From: Rhodothermales bacterium
Lineage (GTDB): Bacteria; Bacteroidota; Rhodothermia; Rhodothermales; VXPQ01
Assembly (NCBI GenBank): GCA_951812335.1
Contig: OX638293.1
Span: 1,032,731-1,096,730 of the forward strand
Direction: 5' to 3'
DNA: 64,000 nt
The notes under the pieces were generated by a model, which saw only the letters and a list, made by a program, of their open reading frames with translations, ran no database searches and had not been told where the DNA came from. Made by a program: the position numbers and the translations under genes. Below are positions 1-10,940 of this stretch, one piece after another (position 1 is the stretch's first letter; every line of letters starts with the position of its first letter).

Positions 1-2
1 GG

Positions 3-626
3 TACGTCCTGGGCACGGAACGCATCGGCCGCCTCGGATACGTCGGAATTGTGCTGGCGGCGCTTGGTACGTTCACGCTGGCCTTCGACGGCTTTCGCGC
101 CGACCAGGGATATTGGTTCGGCGATCTGTTACTCGTTCTGGCGCTGCTTATGGCGGTCGCCGAACTGCATTTTATCAAACCCCTTGCCGCCCGATATGGC
201 GCCACGGCCATGGTGGCGGCCCGCACGGCCATTGGAGGTATGGTTTATCTTGCGATCGCCCTGCCTGCACTCACAGGCGAATCCTGGCTGGAGCTCGGCG
301 CCTGGACCTGGATAGCTATTATTTTCGGGGGCGCTGTCGGCGTCGGTATCGGTCAGTGGGCCAAGGTGCGCGCCCTGAAAAAACTGGGACCGACCCGGGT
401 AGTGCTCTACGGCAACCTCGTTCCTCTTGCCGCACTCTGGCTTGCATGGGCAACCATCCGTACGCAACCGTCCGCGCTCGAGATCCTGTCCGGGCTGTTT
501 ATCGTACTGGGCGCGATCTGCATTCAGGTGCTGGATGTGCGTCGCCGGGGCGGGAATGACAAGAAGGACGGAGACAGCGCCTCCGGTCTCCTCGAAAGCG
601 TGGCCGTGCGATCCGGGGATACCTGA
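3..626 (+). CDS. EamA/DMT-family transporter, C-terminal part (5' end outside window)
   Basis: Frame is open from the window edge. Multiple hydrophobic helices and Gly-rich segments typical of DMT/EamA permeases (…LVPLAALWLAW…LSGLFIVLGAICIQ). Confidence 0.55.
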   Translation, partial: YVLGTERIGRLGYVGIVLAALGTFTLAFDGFRADQGYWFGDLLLVLALLMAVAELHFIKPLAARYGATAMVAARTAIGGMVYLAIALPALTGESWLELGAWTWIAIIFGGAVGVGIGQWAKVRALKKLGPTRVVLYGNLVPLAALWLAWATIRTQPSALEILSGLFIVLGAICIQVLDVRRRGGNDKKDGDSASGLLESVAVRSGDT

Positions 627-646
627 GCGATCCGTTGCCCGCGCTG

Positions 647-1039
647 TCAGGAGTCGCCCGGCATTCTCACGACCAGTTCGTCCGGCAGGTCGTTGCGTTG
701 CGCTTCCGGATTGACGAGGGCCCCGGTAAGCGGCATATGAAACCCGGTCAGGAACGGCGCCATCGTCGAAAAGAAGAACTCCTGCTGGAACTCGTAAAAG
801 TCGGGGTCGAATCCGGCGTACTCCCCGGTGTGTCCTTCCAGATCAAGGTAGAGCACCCTCGGCCAGTCGGGGAAATCCCCCTGCGCTTTTTTCAGGTAGT
901 TAAAAACGGCCGCCGCGGCCTGCTCGAACGTATCTTCCGCGCGTACGATGTGGCGGATCGCGACCGTATTGTCGAACTGCATCCAGACGCCTTCGGCGTC
1001 CGGTTTACGATAGGCGGGTATAAAAGGCGGTTCCGGCAT
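647..1039 (-). CDS. hypothetical protein (131 aa from internal ATG)
   Basis: The ORF 647..1198 would overlap the uvrA 3' end. ATG at 1039 (MPEPPFIPAY…) lies just downstream of the uvrA stop. No family recognised. Confidence 0.4.
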   Translation of the reverse strand: MPEPPFIPAYRKPDAEGVWMQFDNTVAIRHIVRAEDTFEQAAAAVFNYLKKAQGDFPDWPRVLYLDLEGHTGEYAGFDPDFYEFQQEFFFSTMAPFLTGFHMPLTGALVNPEAQRNDLPDELVVRMPGDS

Positions 1040-1061
1040 CGAGACGGATAAAGGTCTGTTG

Positions 1062-4025
1062 TTATCCGGCAGGAGAAGGGACGGAAACGGCAAAGGCCTC
1101 TTCATCTGCTTCGTCGGATGCCAGGGCGTCCAGGTCCAGGTTCCGGGCATTTTCTTCGTCCAACGTTCCCTCGAATCGTTCCAGTTCTTCCCGTACATAT
1201 CCTGCGGTAGCGGTATTCGTTCGGGCGAGGTCTTCCGGGGCGCCCGAAAACAGAATATGCCCGCCTTGCGTACCGCCGACCGGTCCCATATCCACGATCC
1301 AGTCCGCTACCTTAACCACGTCCATATTGTGTTCGATGATCAGCACGGTGTTGCCCTTTTGCACCAGCGCATCGAGGACCGTCAGCAAGTGCCGGATGTC
1401 TTCGAAATGAAGCCCCGTAGTCGGTTCGTCGAGGATGTACAGGGTACGACCGGTACCCGGTCTCGAAAGCTCCCGCGCCAGTTTGACCCGTTGAGCCTCG
1501 CCGCCGGATAATGTCGTGGAGGGTTGTCCGAGTCGGATATATCCCAGCCCCACCGAGTCGAGCGTGCGAAGTTTCCGTTCGATGCGCGGGATGTGCTCGA
1601 AGAACGCCAGCGCCTCGGATACCGTCATATCCAGCGCGTCCGCAATGTTCTTCCCCTTGTAGCGTACTTCCAGCGTGTCTGTGTTGTAGCGACGGCCCTT
1701 GCAGGTGTCGCATTCCACATACACGTCGGGCAGAAAGTTCATCTCCAGTTTGACGATGCCGGCCCCCTTGCACGTTTCGCAACGCCCTCCTTTCGTGTTG
1801 AAGGAAAATCTGCCTTTTCCGTATCCGCGGATTTTCGATTCCGGAAGCTGGGCGAACAAATCCCGGATCGAGGTAAACAGGTTGGTATAGGTGGCGGGGT
1901 TCGACCGGGGCGTTCTTCCGATCGGGCTCTGGTCGATGTCGATTACCTTGTCGATACGCTCCGCCCCCTCCAGCGATTCGCAAGGCAACGGCGGTGTTCT
2001 GGCGCCGTGAAGCCGTTGAGCCAGCAGGGGATACAGCGTCTGGTTGACGAGGCTGGATTTACCGGATCCTGAGACTCCCGTAACGCATACGAAGGCGCCC
2101 AGCGGAAATGCGAAGGGATCGCCTTTCAGGTTGTGACCGGTGGCCCCCCTGAGTATAAGACGATTTGCAGAGCCGCTCCGGCGGTGTTTCGGTACATGGA
2201 TGCGCCGTACGCCCCGGAGGTATGCCGCCGTAAGGCTTGTATAACCGTTCGTTGCAACCGGCAACGCATTCGGGGTAGTAGCCCCCATGACATGGCCGCC
2301 ATGTTCTCCGGCGCCCGGCCCGAGGTCCACCACGAAATCGGCGGATTCGATCATTTCCCGGTCGTGCTCGACGACGAGCACCGAATTACCGAGATCGCGT
2401 AATTGCCGCAGAGAATCGATCAGTCTGGAGTGGTCGTTCGGATGAAGCCCGATGGACGGCTCGTCCAGTACATACAGCACGCCGGTAAGGCGCGTACCAA
2501 TCTGGGTCGCCAGACGAATGCGCTGGCTTTCCCCGCCGGACAGCGTACGCGCCGCACGATCCAGACTGAGATACCCCACCCCGACGGCGATCAGAAAATC
2601 GAGTCGTTCCCTGATCTCCTTGACGATCGGGCGCGCAATGATTCGCTGGCGGTCGGAGAACGATACCTCGTCGAAAAACGTGCGGAGTCCGACCAGGTCC
2701 ATATGCACCAGTTCGGCGATGTTACAGGCGCCGATCCTGTACGACAGGCTCTCTTTGTTCAACCGGCCGCCCCCGCATCCGGTGCACGACATCTGTCGCA
2801 TGAACGACTCGGCCCATTTGCGTTGCGCGTTCGACGAGGTGTTGTCGTACGTGTGCCGGATGTACCCGTAGATGCCGTCGAAGCGGTGCCGGTAGCATAC
2901 TTCTCTGTCCTTGTAGGTATACACAATGTCGAACTTCTCCTCACCGGCGCCGAAGAGCAGGGTCTGCTGTTGCGTTTCGGTCAGGTCCCCGATGGGCGTA
3001 TCGAACCTGAAACCGCGAGCTGCGGCCACCGCTTGCAACTGGCTGAATATCCAGATGCCGCGCGGTTTACCCAGCGGGGCGAGTCCGCCTTCGGAAATGG
3101 TTCGGGACGGATCCGGAATAACCAGTTCCGGATCTATTTCCCGGCGGTTACCAAGGCCGTTGCATTCGGGACACGCTCCATAGGGCGTATTAAAGGAAAA
3201 CATGTTCGGCGAGGCGTCTTCGTAGTAGAGTCCGTCTTCCGGATTGAACAAGTGACGGCTCATCAGGTGATCGCCTTTTTTCGGTCCGTCCGTCGCCTGC
3301 ACGACCAGCGTTCCGCCGCCCATGCCGAGTGCGGTCTCCACCGACCGGGCGACCCGGGAGCGAATGCCTTCCTTGATCACGATGCGGTCCACCACAACCT
3401 CGATGTCGTGCGTCTTGTACCGGTCCACCTTCATGCCCGGTTCAATCTCCCGGGCTTCCCCGTCGATGCGTACGCGCTGAAAGCCCTGCTTCCTCATCTG
3501 TTCGAAGAGTTCCCGGTAGTGCCCCTTGCGCGCCCGTACGACGGGCGCCAGCAGCATTATGCGAGTGCTTTCGGGGAAGGCCGCGATCTCGTCGATGATC
3601 TCGTCGTCGGACTGCTTTCGCATCGGCGTGCCGGAGATGTACGAATACGGCGTGCCTGCCCGTGCAAAAAGCAGGCGGATGAAATCATAAATTTCCGTGA
3701 CCGTACCCACCGTGGAGCGGGGATTGCGGCTGACTGTTTTCTGGTCGATGGCGATCACAGGGGAGAGGCCGTCGATAAAATCGACATCGGGCCGTTCCAT
3801 CATACCCAGAAACTGCCGGGCGTAGGCGCTCAGGCTTTCCATGTAGCGCCGCCGCCCTTCGGCATAGATCGTGTCGAAAGCAAGGCTCGATTTGCCTGAA
3901 CCGGACAATCCGGTTATGACCACAAGTTGCTCCCTCGGAATATCCACATCGATATTCCGCAGATTGTGAGCGCGTGCGCCGCGAATCGTGATCCGGTCGT
4001 CCATGGGGGTTTGCCGAGATATCAT
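1062..4025 (-). CDS. uvrA: excinuclease ABC subunit A
   Basis: Two ABC ATPase modules ([14 protein letters not shown]…, [11 protein letters not shown]…) and Zn-finger Cys clusters ([16 protein letters not shown]). About 985 aa. Start taken at MISRQ. Confidence 0.95.
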   Translation of the reverse strand: MISRQTPMDDRITIRGARAHNLRNIDVDIPREQLVVITGLSGSGKSSLAFDTIYAEGRRRYMESLSAYARQFLGMMERPDVDFIDGLSPVIAIDQKTVSRNPRSTVGTVTEIYDFIRLLFARAGTPYSYISGTPMRKQSDDEIIDEIAAFPESTRIMLLAPVVRARKGHYRELFEQMRKQGFQRVRIDGEAREIEPGMKVDRYKTHDIEVVVDRIVIKEGIRSRVARSVETALGMGGGTLVVQATDGPKKGDHLMSRHLFNPEDGLYYEDASPNMFSFNTPYGACPECNGLGNRREIDPELVIPDPSRTISEGGLAPLGKPRGIWIFSQLQAVAAARGFRFDTPIGDLTETQQQTLLFGAGEEKFDIVYTYKDREVCYRHRFDGIYGYIRHTYDNTSSNAQRKWAESFMRQMSCTGCGGGRLNKESLSYRIGACNIAELVHMDLVGLRTFFDEVSFSDRQRIIARPIVKEIRERLDFLIAVGVGYLSLDRAARTLSGGESQRIRLATQIGTRLTGVLYVLDEPSIGLHPNDHSRLIDSLRQLRDLGNSVLVVEHDREMIESADFVVDLGPGAGEHGGHVMGATTPNALPVATNGYTSLTAAYLRGVRRIHVPKHRRSGSANRLILRGATGHNLKGDPFAFPLGAFVCVTGVSGSGKSSLVNQTLYPLLAQRLHGARTPPLPCESLEGAERIDKVIDIDQSPIGRTPRSNPATYTNLFTSIRDLFAQLPESKIRGYGKGRFSFNTKGGRCETCKGAGIVKLEMNFLPDVYVECDTCKGRRYNTDTLEVRYKGKNIADALDMTVSEALAFFEHIPRIERKLRTLDSVGLGYIRLGQPSTTLSGGEAQRVKLARELSRPGTGRTLYILDEPTTGLHFEDIRHLLTVLDALVQKGNTVLIIEHNMDVVKVADWIVDMGPVGGTQGGHILFSGAPEDLARTNTATAGYVREELERFEGTLDEENARNLDLDALASDEADEEAFAVSVPSPAG

Positions 4026-4258
4026 CGTTCCTGTCCTGCCCGGACGCCGCATGCTGTGCGCAAAACGGCTTCCGCAGAGTATCCTTTTAAGAAAATGAAT
4101 CCTCGGGACATGCGCAGGAAAAACATGCCCCGAAAATCCACGCCGCGAAAAGGCGGCAGGCGCCGAAGTTCATGAACCGTTCCGGCATCCGCTATCTTTG
4201 TCTATATTCCATCTCCGTCGCATATTTGCAGATGCTTTCCATACATCGGAACGTTGCC

Positions 4259-5911
4259 ATGAGAATACCGTTCGCCGTTGCGCTTCTTTGTTTGCCCTTG
4301 CTTTCCGTGCCGCCTGCCGCTGCGCAGGACCGCCTCAATATCGTCTGGATTTCCGCCGAAGACGTCGGCTTACGGTTCGGCGCCTACGGCGATGTCGTGG
4401 CGAACACACCCAACCTCGATCGCCTTGCTTCCGAGGGAACCCGTTACACGCAAGCCTTCACCACCGCCGGAGTGTGCGCGCCGAGCCGGGCGGCCATTAT
4501 CACAGGTATGCACCAGAACGGTTGGGGAGGGCACCATATGCGCACCACGCACGATGCGCCGGGTATCCCCACGCCCTATCATGCTACGCCCCCTCCGTAT
4601 GTGAAAGCCTTCACGGAGTATCTCCGGGCGGCCGGCTACTTCACGACGAACGATTTCAAAACCGACTACCAGATCGGCGCCCCCGTCACGATCTGGGACG
4701 AGCACAAGCGGGGGGCGCACTGGCGCAGCCCGCTTCGCGAAGAAGGTCAGCCGTTCTTTTCCGTCTTCAATTTCGGAATCACCCACGAGAGTCGAAGCTG
4801 GGTTACTCCTGAGGAGGAAACGACCACCGACCCCGATACGCTCGAATTGCCTCCGTACTACCCGGATACCCCCGAAGTGCGGCGCCAGCTGGCCAAACAT
4901 TACGATAACATTGCGCGCCTCGACGAGCGGGCCGGCGAAATTCTGCGCCAACTGGAAGAAGATGGTCTTGTCGACAATACCGTCGTCTTTTTCTGGAGCG
5001 ACCACGGCGATGGACTGCCCCGCGCCAAACGCTGGCTCTACGACTCGGGCATACGTGTCCCGCTTATCGTGCGGATGCCCGGGCAACAAGGAGCCGGTTC
5101 GGCCAGCGAACGGCTTGTCAGTCTGGTCGATCTTGGGCCCACCGTGTTATCGCTTGCCGGCGTTACCATTCCTGCGCACATGGACGGTATGGCTTTTCTC
5201 GGCGATGCGGAGGTCCCGCCGCGAGAATATATCTACGCCGCCCGGGACCGCATCGACATGGTATACGACATGGTCCGGGCCGCTCGCGACGATCGCTACA
5301 AATACATTCGAAATTATCACCCGGAAAAGCCGTACGTGCAATTCGTTCGCTACCGCAATCGCTCGTCCATCCTTCAGGAGATATTCCGCCTGAATATCGC
5401 CGGCGAACTTGACGAAGTGCAGCAACGCTGGTTACGCGACAGCCGCTCCCCGGAGGAACTCTACGATGTGCAGGCCGACCCGCATGAGATCGACAACCTG
5501 GCGGACGATCCCGCTCTTGGCGACGTGTTGGACCGGATGCGCAGCGAGTTGGACGCCTGGATGCTCGACATCGACGAGAAAGGACATCTGTCCGAAGATC
5601 AAATGGTCCGGCAGATGTGGATGGGCGAGGAGCAGCCCGTTACGGCCACGCCGCTTATTCTGAGACGAAACGATATCGACAGGGAGGTAGAGGCGGAGCA
5701 GGACGGTCCTGTCGAGATTGTTATCGAGGCCGGCACGGACGGTGCTTCCATTGCCTGGACCACCCAGGAAGGCGAGGCGCCGTACTGGAAACTCTATGCC
5801 CGCCCGATTCGCCTCGAACCGGGAACGACCACCACGATCCGGGCCAAAGCGATCCGCTACGGCTATGCCGAAAGCGCCGAAACCATGGCTACGATCACCG
5901 TGCGGCCATAG
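4259..5911 (+). CDS. sulfatase (formylglycine-dependent), secreted
   Basis: CAPSRAAIITGM sulfatase signature. Signal peptide MRIPFAVALLCLPLLSVPPAAAQ starts at the internal ATG 4259. Confidence 0.85.
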   Translation: MRIPFAVALLCLPLLSVPPAAAQDRLNIVWISAEDVGLRFGAYGDVVANTPNLDRLASEGTRYTQAFTTAGVCAPSRAAIITGMHQNGWGGHHMRTTHDAPGIPTPYHATPPPYVKAFTEYLRAAGYFTTNDFKTDYQIGAPVTIWDEHKRGAHWRSPLREEGQPFFSVFNFGITHESRSWVTPEEETTTDPDTLELPPYYPDTPEVRRQLAKHYDNIARLDERAGEILRQLEEDGLVDNTVVFFWSDHGDGLPRAKRWLYDSGIRVPLIVRMPGQQGAGSASERLVSLVDLGPTVLSLAGVTIPAHMDGMAFLGDAEVPPREYIYAARDRIDMVYDMVRAARDDRYKYIRNYHPEKPYVQFVRYRNRSSILQEIFRLNIAGELDEVQQRWLRDSRSPEELYDVQADPHEIDNLADDPALGDVLDRMRSELDAWMLDIDEKGHLSEDQMVRQMWMGEEQPVTATPLILRRNDIDREVEAEQDGPVEIVIEAGTDGASIAWTTQEGEAPYWKLYARPIRLEPGTTTTIRAKAIRYGYAESAETMATITVRP

Positions 5912-5944
5912 CGCGTTGCCCGGGGCAAGGGACCCTGCTCGGGC

Positions 5945-7273
5945 TCAGACCGTGGGTTCCCAACCGGGTTCGTAGTCCCGCGCCCAGAGTTCCATGGCTC
6001 CGGGATTGTCGATAATATGCCCATTGCTCGGATCGCAGTGCAGCGTTTCGCCGACTTTCTGCGCGATGTTCGCAAGGTGACATAACAGAACGCTCTTGTG
6101 TCCTTCGTCGATGGGAGCATGCAGCGGACGCCCATTGCGAATCGCTTCGAGGAAGTTGGCTATGTGCCGGTTCGTCTGACCGCCGCCGCCGGTCGTGTCC
6201 ATGGTGGATTCCAAATCCTTTTCCTTGACTTCCTTCACGACGGCATTGTTCTCGTCGTATAGCACGTACCCGCTCCGGTCCAGCAATATCGTTCCTTCGG
6301 TGCCGTGCACCAACGTGCCTCGTCCCCGGTCGAGCACAGGAAACCCGTTGCAACTTCTGCCTTCCCAGGTGATCGTTTTCCCCTCCTCGAAGTCGAAAGC
6401 CACCTCCTGCGTATCGTAAAACTCCCAGTCGTCGTCGAAGTGGTACCGCCCGCCATTCGAATTGACGCGAACGGGAAAATCCACGCCAAGCGCCCACCGG
6501 GCCACATCGATTTCATGGGTGCCGTTGTTGCACACCTCGCCGGTGCCCCAGCGCCAGAACCAGTGCCAGTTGTAATGCACCACATTGTCGCGATACGGCG
6601 TACGCGGCGCCGGGCCTTGCCACAATTCGTAATCCAGCCAGTCGGGAACCTGGGCGGGTTTGCCGCGCCCGATGGATCCGCGCGTATTGGCGTACCAGGC
6701 GCGTGCCAGGTATGGTCGCCCTACCACGCCATCATGGATCATACGAATCGCCTCGATACTTGCGGGTCCGGAGCGTTGCTGCGTGCCCATCTGCACGACG
6801 CCCCCGTATCGCTCTTGCGCTGCGACGAGTAGTTCCCCTTCCCGCGGGTTGTGCCCGCAGGGTTTCTCTACATACACATGCTTGCCGGCCTGCAAACCGA
6901 GGATCGTGGCGGGAGCATGCCAGTGATCGGGCGCTGCAATGACGAGTACGTCCACATCCGGATCTTCCAGGGCGCGTCGAAAATCAGGTATTCCCTCTAC
7001 CATCTCATCCTGCATACTTTCCATACTCCTCGACACTTGTCTGGCCGCACGGGCGTCGACATCGCATATGTATCGTACGTTTGTATTGCCCTGTTGGGCG
7101 AATGCGTTGGCAAGGCCGCCGCCCCGGCTGTTCACACCCATTAGGGCGACCCGGATCGTATCGCTGGGCGCGCCGGACGCAAACGTGCGAATCGTCGCCG
7201 GCGCAAGACCAAGGCTGGCGCCTCCCAGCGCCGATGTCCTGATGAATTTCCGTCTGTCCATTGAACCGTTCAT
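5945..7273 (-). CDS. Gfo/Idh/MocA-family oxidoreductase with Tat signal
   Basis: N-terminal twin-arginine motif (DRRKFIRTSALGGASLGLA) followed by a Rossmann segment (RVALMGVNSRGGG). Confidence 0.85.
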   Translation of the reverse strand: MNGSMDRRKFIRTSALGGASLGLAPATIRTFASGAPSDTIRVALMGVNSRGGGLANAFAQQGNTNVRYICDVDARAARQVSRSMESMQDEMVEGIPDFRRALEDPDVDVLVIAAPDHWHAPATILGLQAGKHVYVEKPCGHNPREGELLVAAQERYGGVVQMGTQQRSGPASIEAIRMIHDGVVGRPYLARAWYANTRGSIGRGKPAQVPDWLDYELWQGPAPRTPYRDNVVHYNWHWFWRWGTGEVCNNGTHEIDVARWALGVDFPVRVNSNGGRYHFDDDWEFYDTQEVAFDFEEGKTITWEGRSCNGFPVLDRGRGTLVHGTEGTILLDRSGYVLYDENNAVVKEVKEKDLESTMDTTGGGGQTNRHIANFLEAIRNGRPLHAPIDEGHKSVLLCHLANIAQKVGETLHCDPSNGHIIDNPGAMELWARDYEPGWEPTV

Positions 7274-7490
7274 GAGAGAAACCCGATTATTTTACAAAAA
7301 AGGGAAGCGGAGACCGCAATTTAAAACATTACAAACATTCATGCCGTACAGGATCGCACGCCCGATGCTTGCAATGAAGCAGACGATGTATCTTTTCGTT
7401 TCCTGTCACGTATACGATCCGGGTGCTTGTATGCGCATCGTCCGTCTTGCCAGTCCGTCGCCTTCCCACGTCTGACCCTGCATTTTCCCC

Positions 7491-8747
7491 GTGGTCAAAA
7501 AACTGAATTTTCTGCTGTACGAGTTTCTCGAAGCGCTCCGGACTGCTTTACGCGCCATCGCTTCGCACAAAATGCGGTCGGCCCTGACGATGGTCGGCAT
7601 TGTGATCGGGATTACTTCGGTCACTTCGATGGTCACCGTCATCAACGGCATCGAGCAGTTTTTCGAGAACACGCTTTCCGAGTTGGGAACGGATGTGGTG
7701 TATATCGAAAAGTGGCCATGGACAGGCGGTCCGAACACCAAATGGTGGGAATACATGAATCGTCCGCAGATCGAGCCGGAGCTTGCGGAGGTCGTTTCGG
7801 ATCGCGCCCGGCTTATTACCGCCGCCGCTCCGGTCGTCTCCACGTCCAGGCCGGTCACATACGGCGGGAATTCCATTGCTCCCGTGTCGATTCAGGGATC
7901 CACCGGCGAGTATGAGCGCGTACATGTCGTGGAACTCGCTTCGGGGCGGTTCTATTCGGAAATAGACAACCGAACGGCGCGCCGTGTCGCCGTGATTGGC
8001 GCCTCGGTAGCGGAAACATTGTTTCCCGTCGAGAATCCGCTCGGCAAATCCATCCGTATTGCAGGACACCGGTTTCAGGTGATCGGCGTGATGGAGAAAA
8101 AAGGCCAGGGCGCCGAAGGTCCGGGATCTGTAGACCAGCAAGCGCGCATTCCCTTGCAGGCGTTTGCCAATGCCTTCGGCCTGCGCTACAGGGATATCTC
8201 GGTACAGGCAAGGCTTGCCCCGGGAGCCAATCTGGATCAGGCCAAGGATGAATTGACCGGCATCGTTCGCGTGGCGCGCTCCGTCGAGGCTGGCGAAGAC
8301 AACAATTTCGAGATCAACGAACAGGAAGAACTGCGGGCCCAGTTGGCCCCGGTCAAGCGCATGATCTACGGTGTCGGCATCTTCCTGACGGCGCTGGCGC
8401 TCCTTGTGGGCGGCATCGGCGTGATGAATATCATGTTTGTCTCGGTCAAGGAGCGTACGCGGGAAATCGGGATCCGCAAGGCAGTCGGCGCACGCCGCCG
8501 CACGATCCTCATCCAGTTCCTGATGGAAGCGATCGCGATCTGCCTTTTTGGGGGCCTCATCGGCGTCGGATTGGCCACTCTGTGCGCCCAGCTCATCAGT
8601 TTGGCCCTGTCGCTTCCGACCTTGCTGCCGCTTGGAACGATCTTTCTCGCTTTCGCGATTTGCACGCTGGTAGGGCTCGTTTTTGGACTGGCTCCGGCCT
8701 GGGCGGGTGCCAAATCGGATCCCATCGAATCGCTCCGCTACGAATAA
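7491..8747 (+). CDS. ABC transporter permease, MacB/FtsX-like
   Basis: N-terminal TM helix, large periplasmic domain and C-terminal FtsX-type 3-TM bundle (…ERTREIGIRKAVGARRRTIL…). Confidence 0.85.
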   Translation: MVKKLNFLLYEFLEALRTALRAIASHKMRSALTMVGIVIGITSVTSMVTVINGIEQFFENTLSELGTDVVYIEKWPWTGGPNTKWWEYMNRPQIEPELAEVVSDRARLITAAAPVVSTSRPVTYGGNSIAPVSIQGSTGEYERVHVVELASGRFYSEIDNRTARRVAVIGASVAETLFPVENPLGKSIRIAGHRFQVIGVMEKKGQGAEGPGSVDQQARIPLQAFANAFGLRYRDISVQARLAPGANLDQAKDELTGIVRVARSVEAGEDNNFEINEQEELRAQLAPVKRMIYGVGIFLTALALLVGGIGVMNIMFVSVKERTREIGIRKAVGARRRTILIQFLMEAIAICLFGGLIGVGLATLCAQLISLALSLPTLLPLGTIFLAFAICTLVGLVFGLAPAWAGAKSDPIESLRYE

Positions 8748-8770
8748 TCCAAACGATCCACGCTCTGTTC

Positions 8771-9994
8771 ATGGAACTTCGGGACATCATAGCTTCTGCC
8801 TGGAACTCCTTGCGCACCAACAAAATGCGCACCATGCTGACCTTGCTCGGCATGGTGATCGGCGTATTCGCCATCATTGTATCGGTTACGGCGGTGAAAG
8901 TGATCGACGTGTACTTTGAGGAAAAGATGTCTTTTCTCGGGACATCCACCTTCACGATCTCCCGCTACGAAAGCTTTACGGTCACCGACCGGGATTTCCG
9001 GTACCGCCCGAGTATTACGATGGAGCAGATTGACCGGCTCAAGCGGTCGCTGGACGAGTATCTGGTGGTGAGCGTCATCGAGGATTTCGACATGACCGCC
9101 ATCCGTTACGCCGCCCGCGAAACGGAACCCAATGTAGCCATTCTGGGCACCGACGAGAATTTTGCAGGCAACTTCAGTTATACGATCGAATACGGGCGCA
9201 ACTTTACGCCCGAAGATATCCAGTACGGCAGGAAGGTGGTGATCCTTGGGGCGAGTGTCGCCGAAGAATTGTTCGCAAGCGAAAACCCTCTTGGCAAGGT
9301 GGTTGAATTCGGCGGTGCGCGCTATCAGGTGATCGGCGTGCTGGAGCCCAAGGGCAATTTCCTGGGCTTCAACATGGACAACAGAGTGTTTGTACCGATG
9401 CAGACGCTCTTTCTGAGGTACGGCGGCGCCCATCGTAACATTGCCTCGACCAGTGTGCGTACGCCGGGCCCGCAATTTGTTACCGCCGGCATGGAAGAGG
9501 TGATCGGCCGCCTGCGGACCATTCGCAAGGTGCCGCCCGGCGAAGACAACGATTTCGTCGTTGAAACGAACGACTCCATGCGGGCCATCTTCGATCAGTT
9601 TACCACGGTGCTCACCCAGGCCGGCGCCGCCATCGGGCTTATTTCTCTTCTTGCGGCCGGCATCGGCATCATGAATATCATGCTTGTTACGGTTACGGAG
9701 CGAACGCGCGAGATCGGTATTCGCAAAGCGCTCGGCGCCCGCAGGAGAGACATTATGCGGCAATTTATTCTGGAGGCCATTTTCCTGTGCCAGATCGGGG
9801 GAGGCGCCGGTTTTCTTCTCGGCGTGCTGGCCGGTAACGGCACGGCGCTGTATTTTAACATTTCCGCCACAATCCCCTGGGTCTGGGCCGGCGTAACCGT
9901 AGCCATCGTAGCCTGCGTGGCCCTTGTGTTCGGCGGCTACCCGGCTCTCAAGGCGGCCCGACTGAATCCCATCGATTCGCTTCGCTACGAATAA
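8771..9994 (+). CDS. ABC transporter permease, MacB/FtsX-like (second paralogue)
   Basis: Same architecture as the preceding gene (…ERTREIGIRKALGARRRDIM…). Start at ATG 8771 (MELRDIIASAWNSL). Confidence 0.85.
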   Translation: MELRDIIASAWNSLRTNKMRTMLTLLGMVIGVFAIIVSVTAVKVIDVYFEEKMSFLGTSTFTISRYESFTVTDRDFRYRPSITMEQIDRLKRSLDEYLVVSVIEDFDMTAIRYAARETEPNVAILGTDENFAGNFSYTIEYGRNFTPEDIQYGRKVVILGASVAEELFASENPLGKVVEFGGARYQVIGVLEPKGNFLGFNMDNRVFVPMQTLFLRYGGAHRNIASTSVRTPGPQFVTAGMEEVIGRLRTIRKVPPGEDNDFVVETNDSMRAIFDQFTTVLTQAGAAIGLISLLAAGIGIMNIMLVTVTERTREIGIRKALGARRRDIMRQFILEAIFLCQIGGGAGFLLGVLAGNGTALYFNISATIPWVWAGVTVAIVACVALVFGGYPALKAARLNPIDSLRYE

Positions 9995-10521
9995 TGAAGT
10001 CGCCATGCGCTGCAAGGCGCATTCGTGTTTCCAGTCTTTTGCTGCTCCTGATTCCGGGTTTTCTGCTCGGTGCTTGCAGTTCTGAATCGGTTTCGGTGGA
10101 AGAGCCGATTCCGGAGCCGTTGCATTTTGCGGCCATCGGCTATGGCCAGCACGGTCCCCTCAAAGACTCCCTGGAAATCGTTATTCGGGACCGGGAAACC
10201 TGGGCAGCCTGGCAGGATTCGCTTCGCCCCGTGGCGCCCTTCCTGTCCGTGGATTTTTCCCAAGCGATGGTGCTTCTCGTAGCCCTGCCGCAAATCACCA
10301 GCGGCCATGCCGTCACGTTCCTGTCCCTTGACCGGATGGATTCGACAATTGTAGCCGAGTACCTCGTGGAAATTCCCGCAGAAGATTGTCTGACGGCCGC
10401 TGCCGAATCGGTGCCGTTCCAGGCCGTGCTGACGCACCCGACGGATTTGCCGATACGCTTCAAGCGTGTGGAGGAAGAATACCGCTGTACGTTCGGGCCT
10501 CGACGACGCGGCGCTTCGTAA
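9994..10521 (+). CDS. hypothetical lipoprotein
   Basis: Lipobox LLGAC after a basic/hydrophobic leader. Its ATG overlaps the TAA of the upstream permease (TAATG). Confidence 0.55.
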   Translation: MKSPCAARRIRVSSLLLLLIPGFLLGACSSESVSVEEPIPEPLHFAAIGYGQHGPLKDSLEIVIRDRETWAAWQDSLRPVAPFLSVDFSQAMVLLVALPQITSGHAVTFLSLDRMDSTIVAEYLVEIPAEDCLTAAAESVPFQAVLTHPTDLPIRFKRVEEEYRCTFGPRRRGAS

Positions 10522-10592
10522 GTCGATTACGCCGGGACTGCCCGAAGCCTGGCGAGATGCGGTTCGCTCCGACAGTACGCAGGAAAAGTAAA

Positions 10593-10847
10593 GGATACTC
10601 TGATCAAAACCACTTCGTTCAGCGCTTCACGTTCGCAAGTACAGGGTATCATGATTTCATCATCGGAATCAGCGAGAAACACTGCGAATTCGGGGCGTCG
10701 CGGGCGTGAAACGCCCTTCGGGAGGCAGAGAGAGGCACGCTGACCGTGTCATTCCTCATTATGTGGGGCCTGCCACATTGCTTCGTCATTCCTTGCCAGC
10801 GCACCCCTTTCAGCCTCTGAATCTTTGCGGATTTAATCAGAGTATCC
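10593..10847 (+). mobile_element. MITE-like 255-bp TIR element, copy 1 (reference orientation)
   Basis: GGATACTCTGATCAAAACCAC… …GCGGATTTAATCAGAGTATCC. Flanked by TAAA (10589-10592) and TAAA (10848-10851). Nearly identical to the copy at 42863-43117. Confidence 0.8.
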
Positions 10848-10940
10848 TAAAGAAAAAAGACGATCTGGAACGCCGCGTGCAGGGGCTGCCTGTCCGGCAG
10901 CGGAAACACATTCTTTCCCGGATTGTGGCGAAAGAAATAG

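Noticed and set aside
2403-3899. 498-aa ORF on the plus strand
   Set aside because: It lies entirely antisense to uvrA, which has unmistakable motifs. Its composition is Arg/Gly/Ala/Pro-rich, typical of shadow ORFs in GC-rich DNA.
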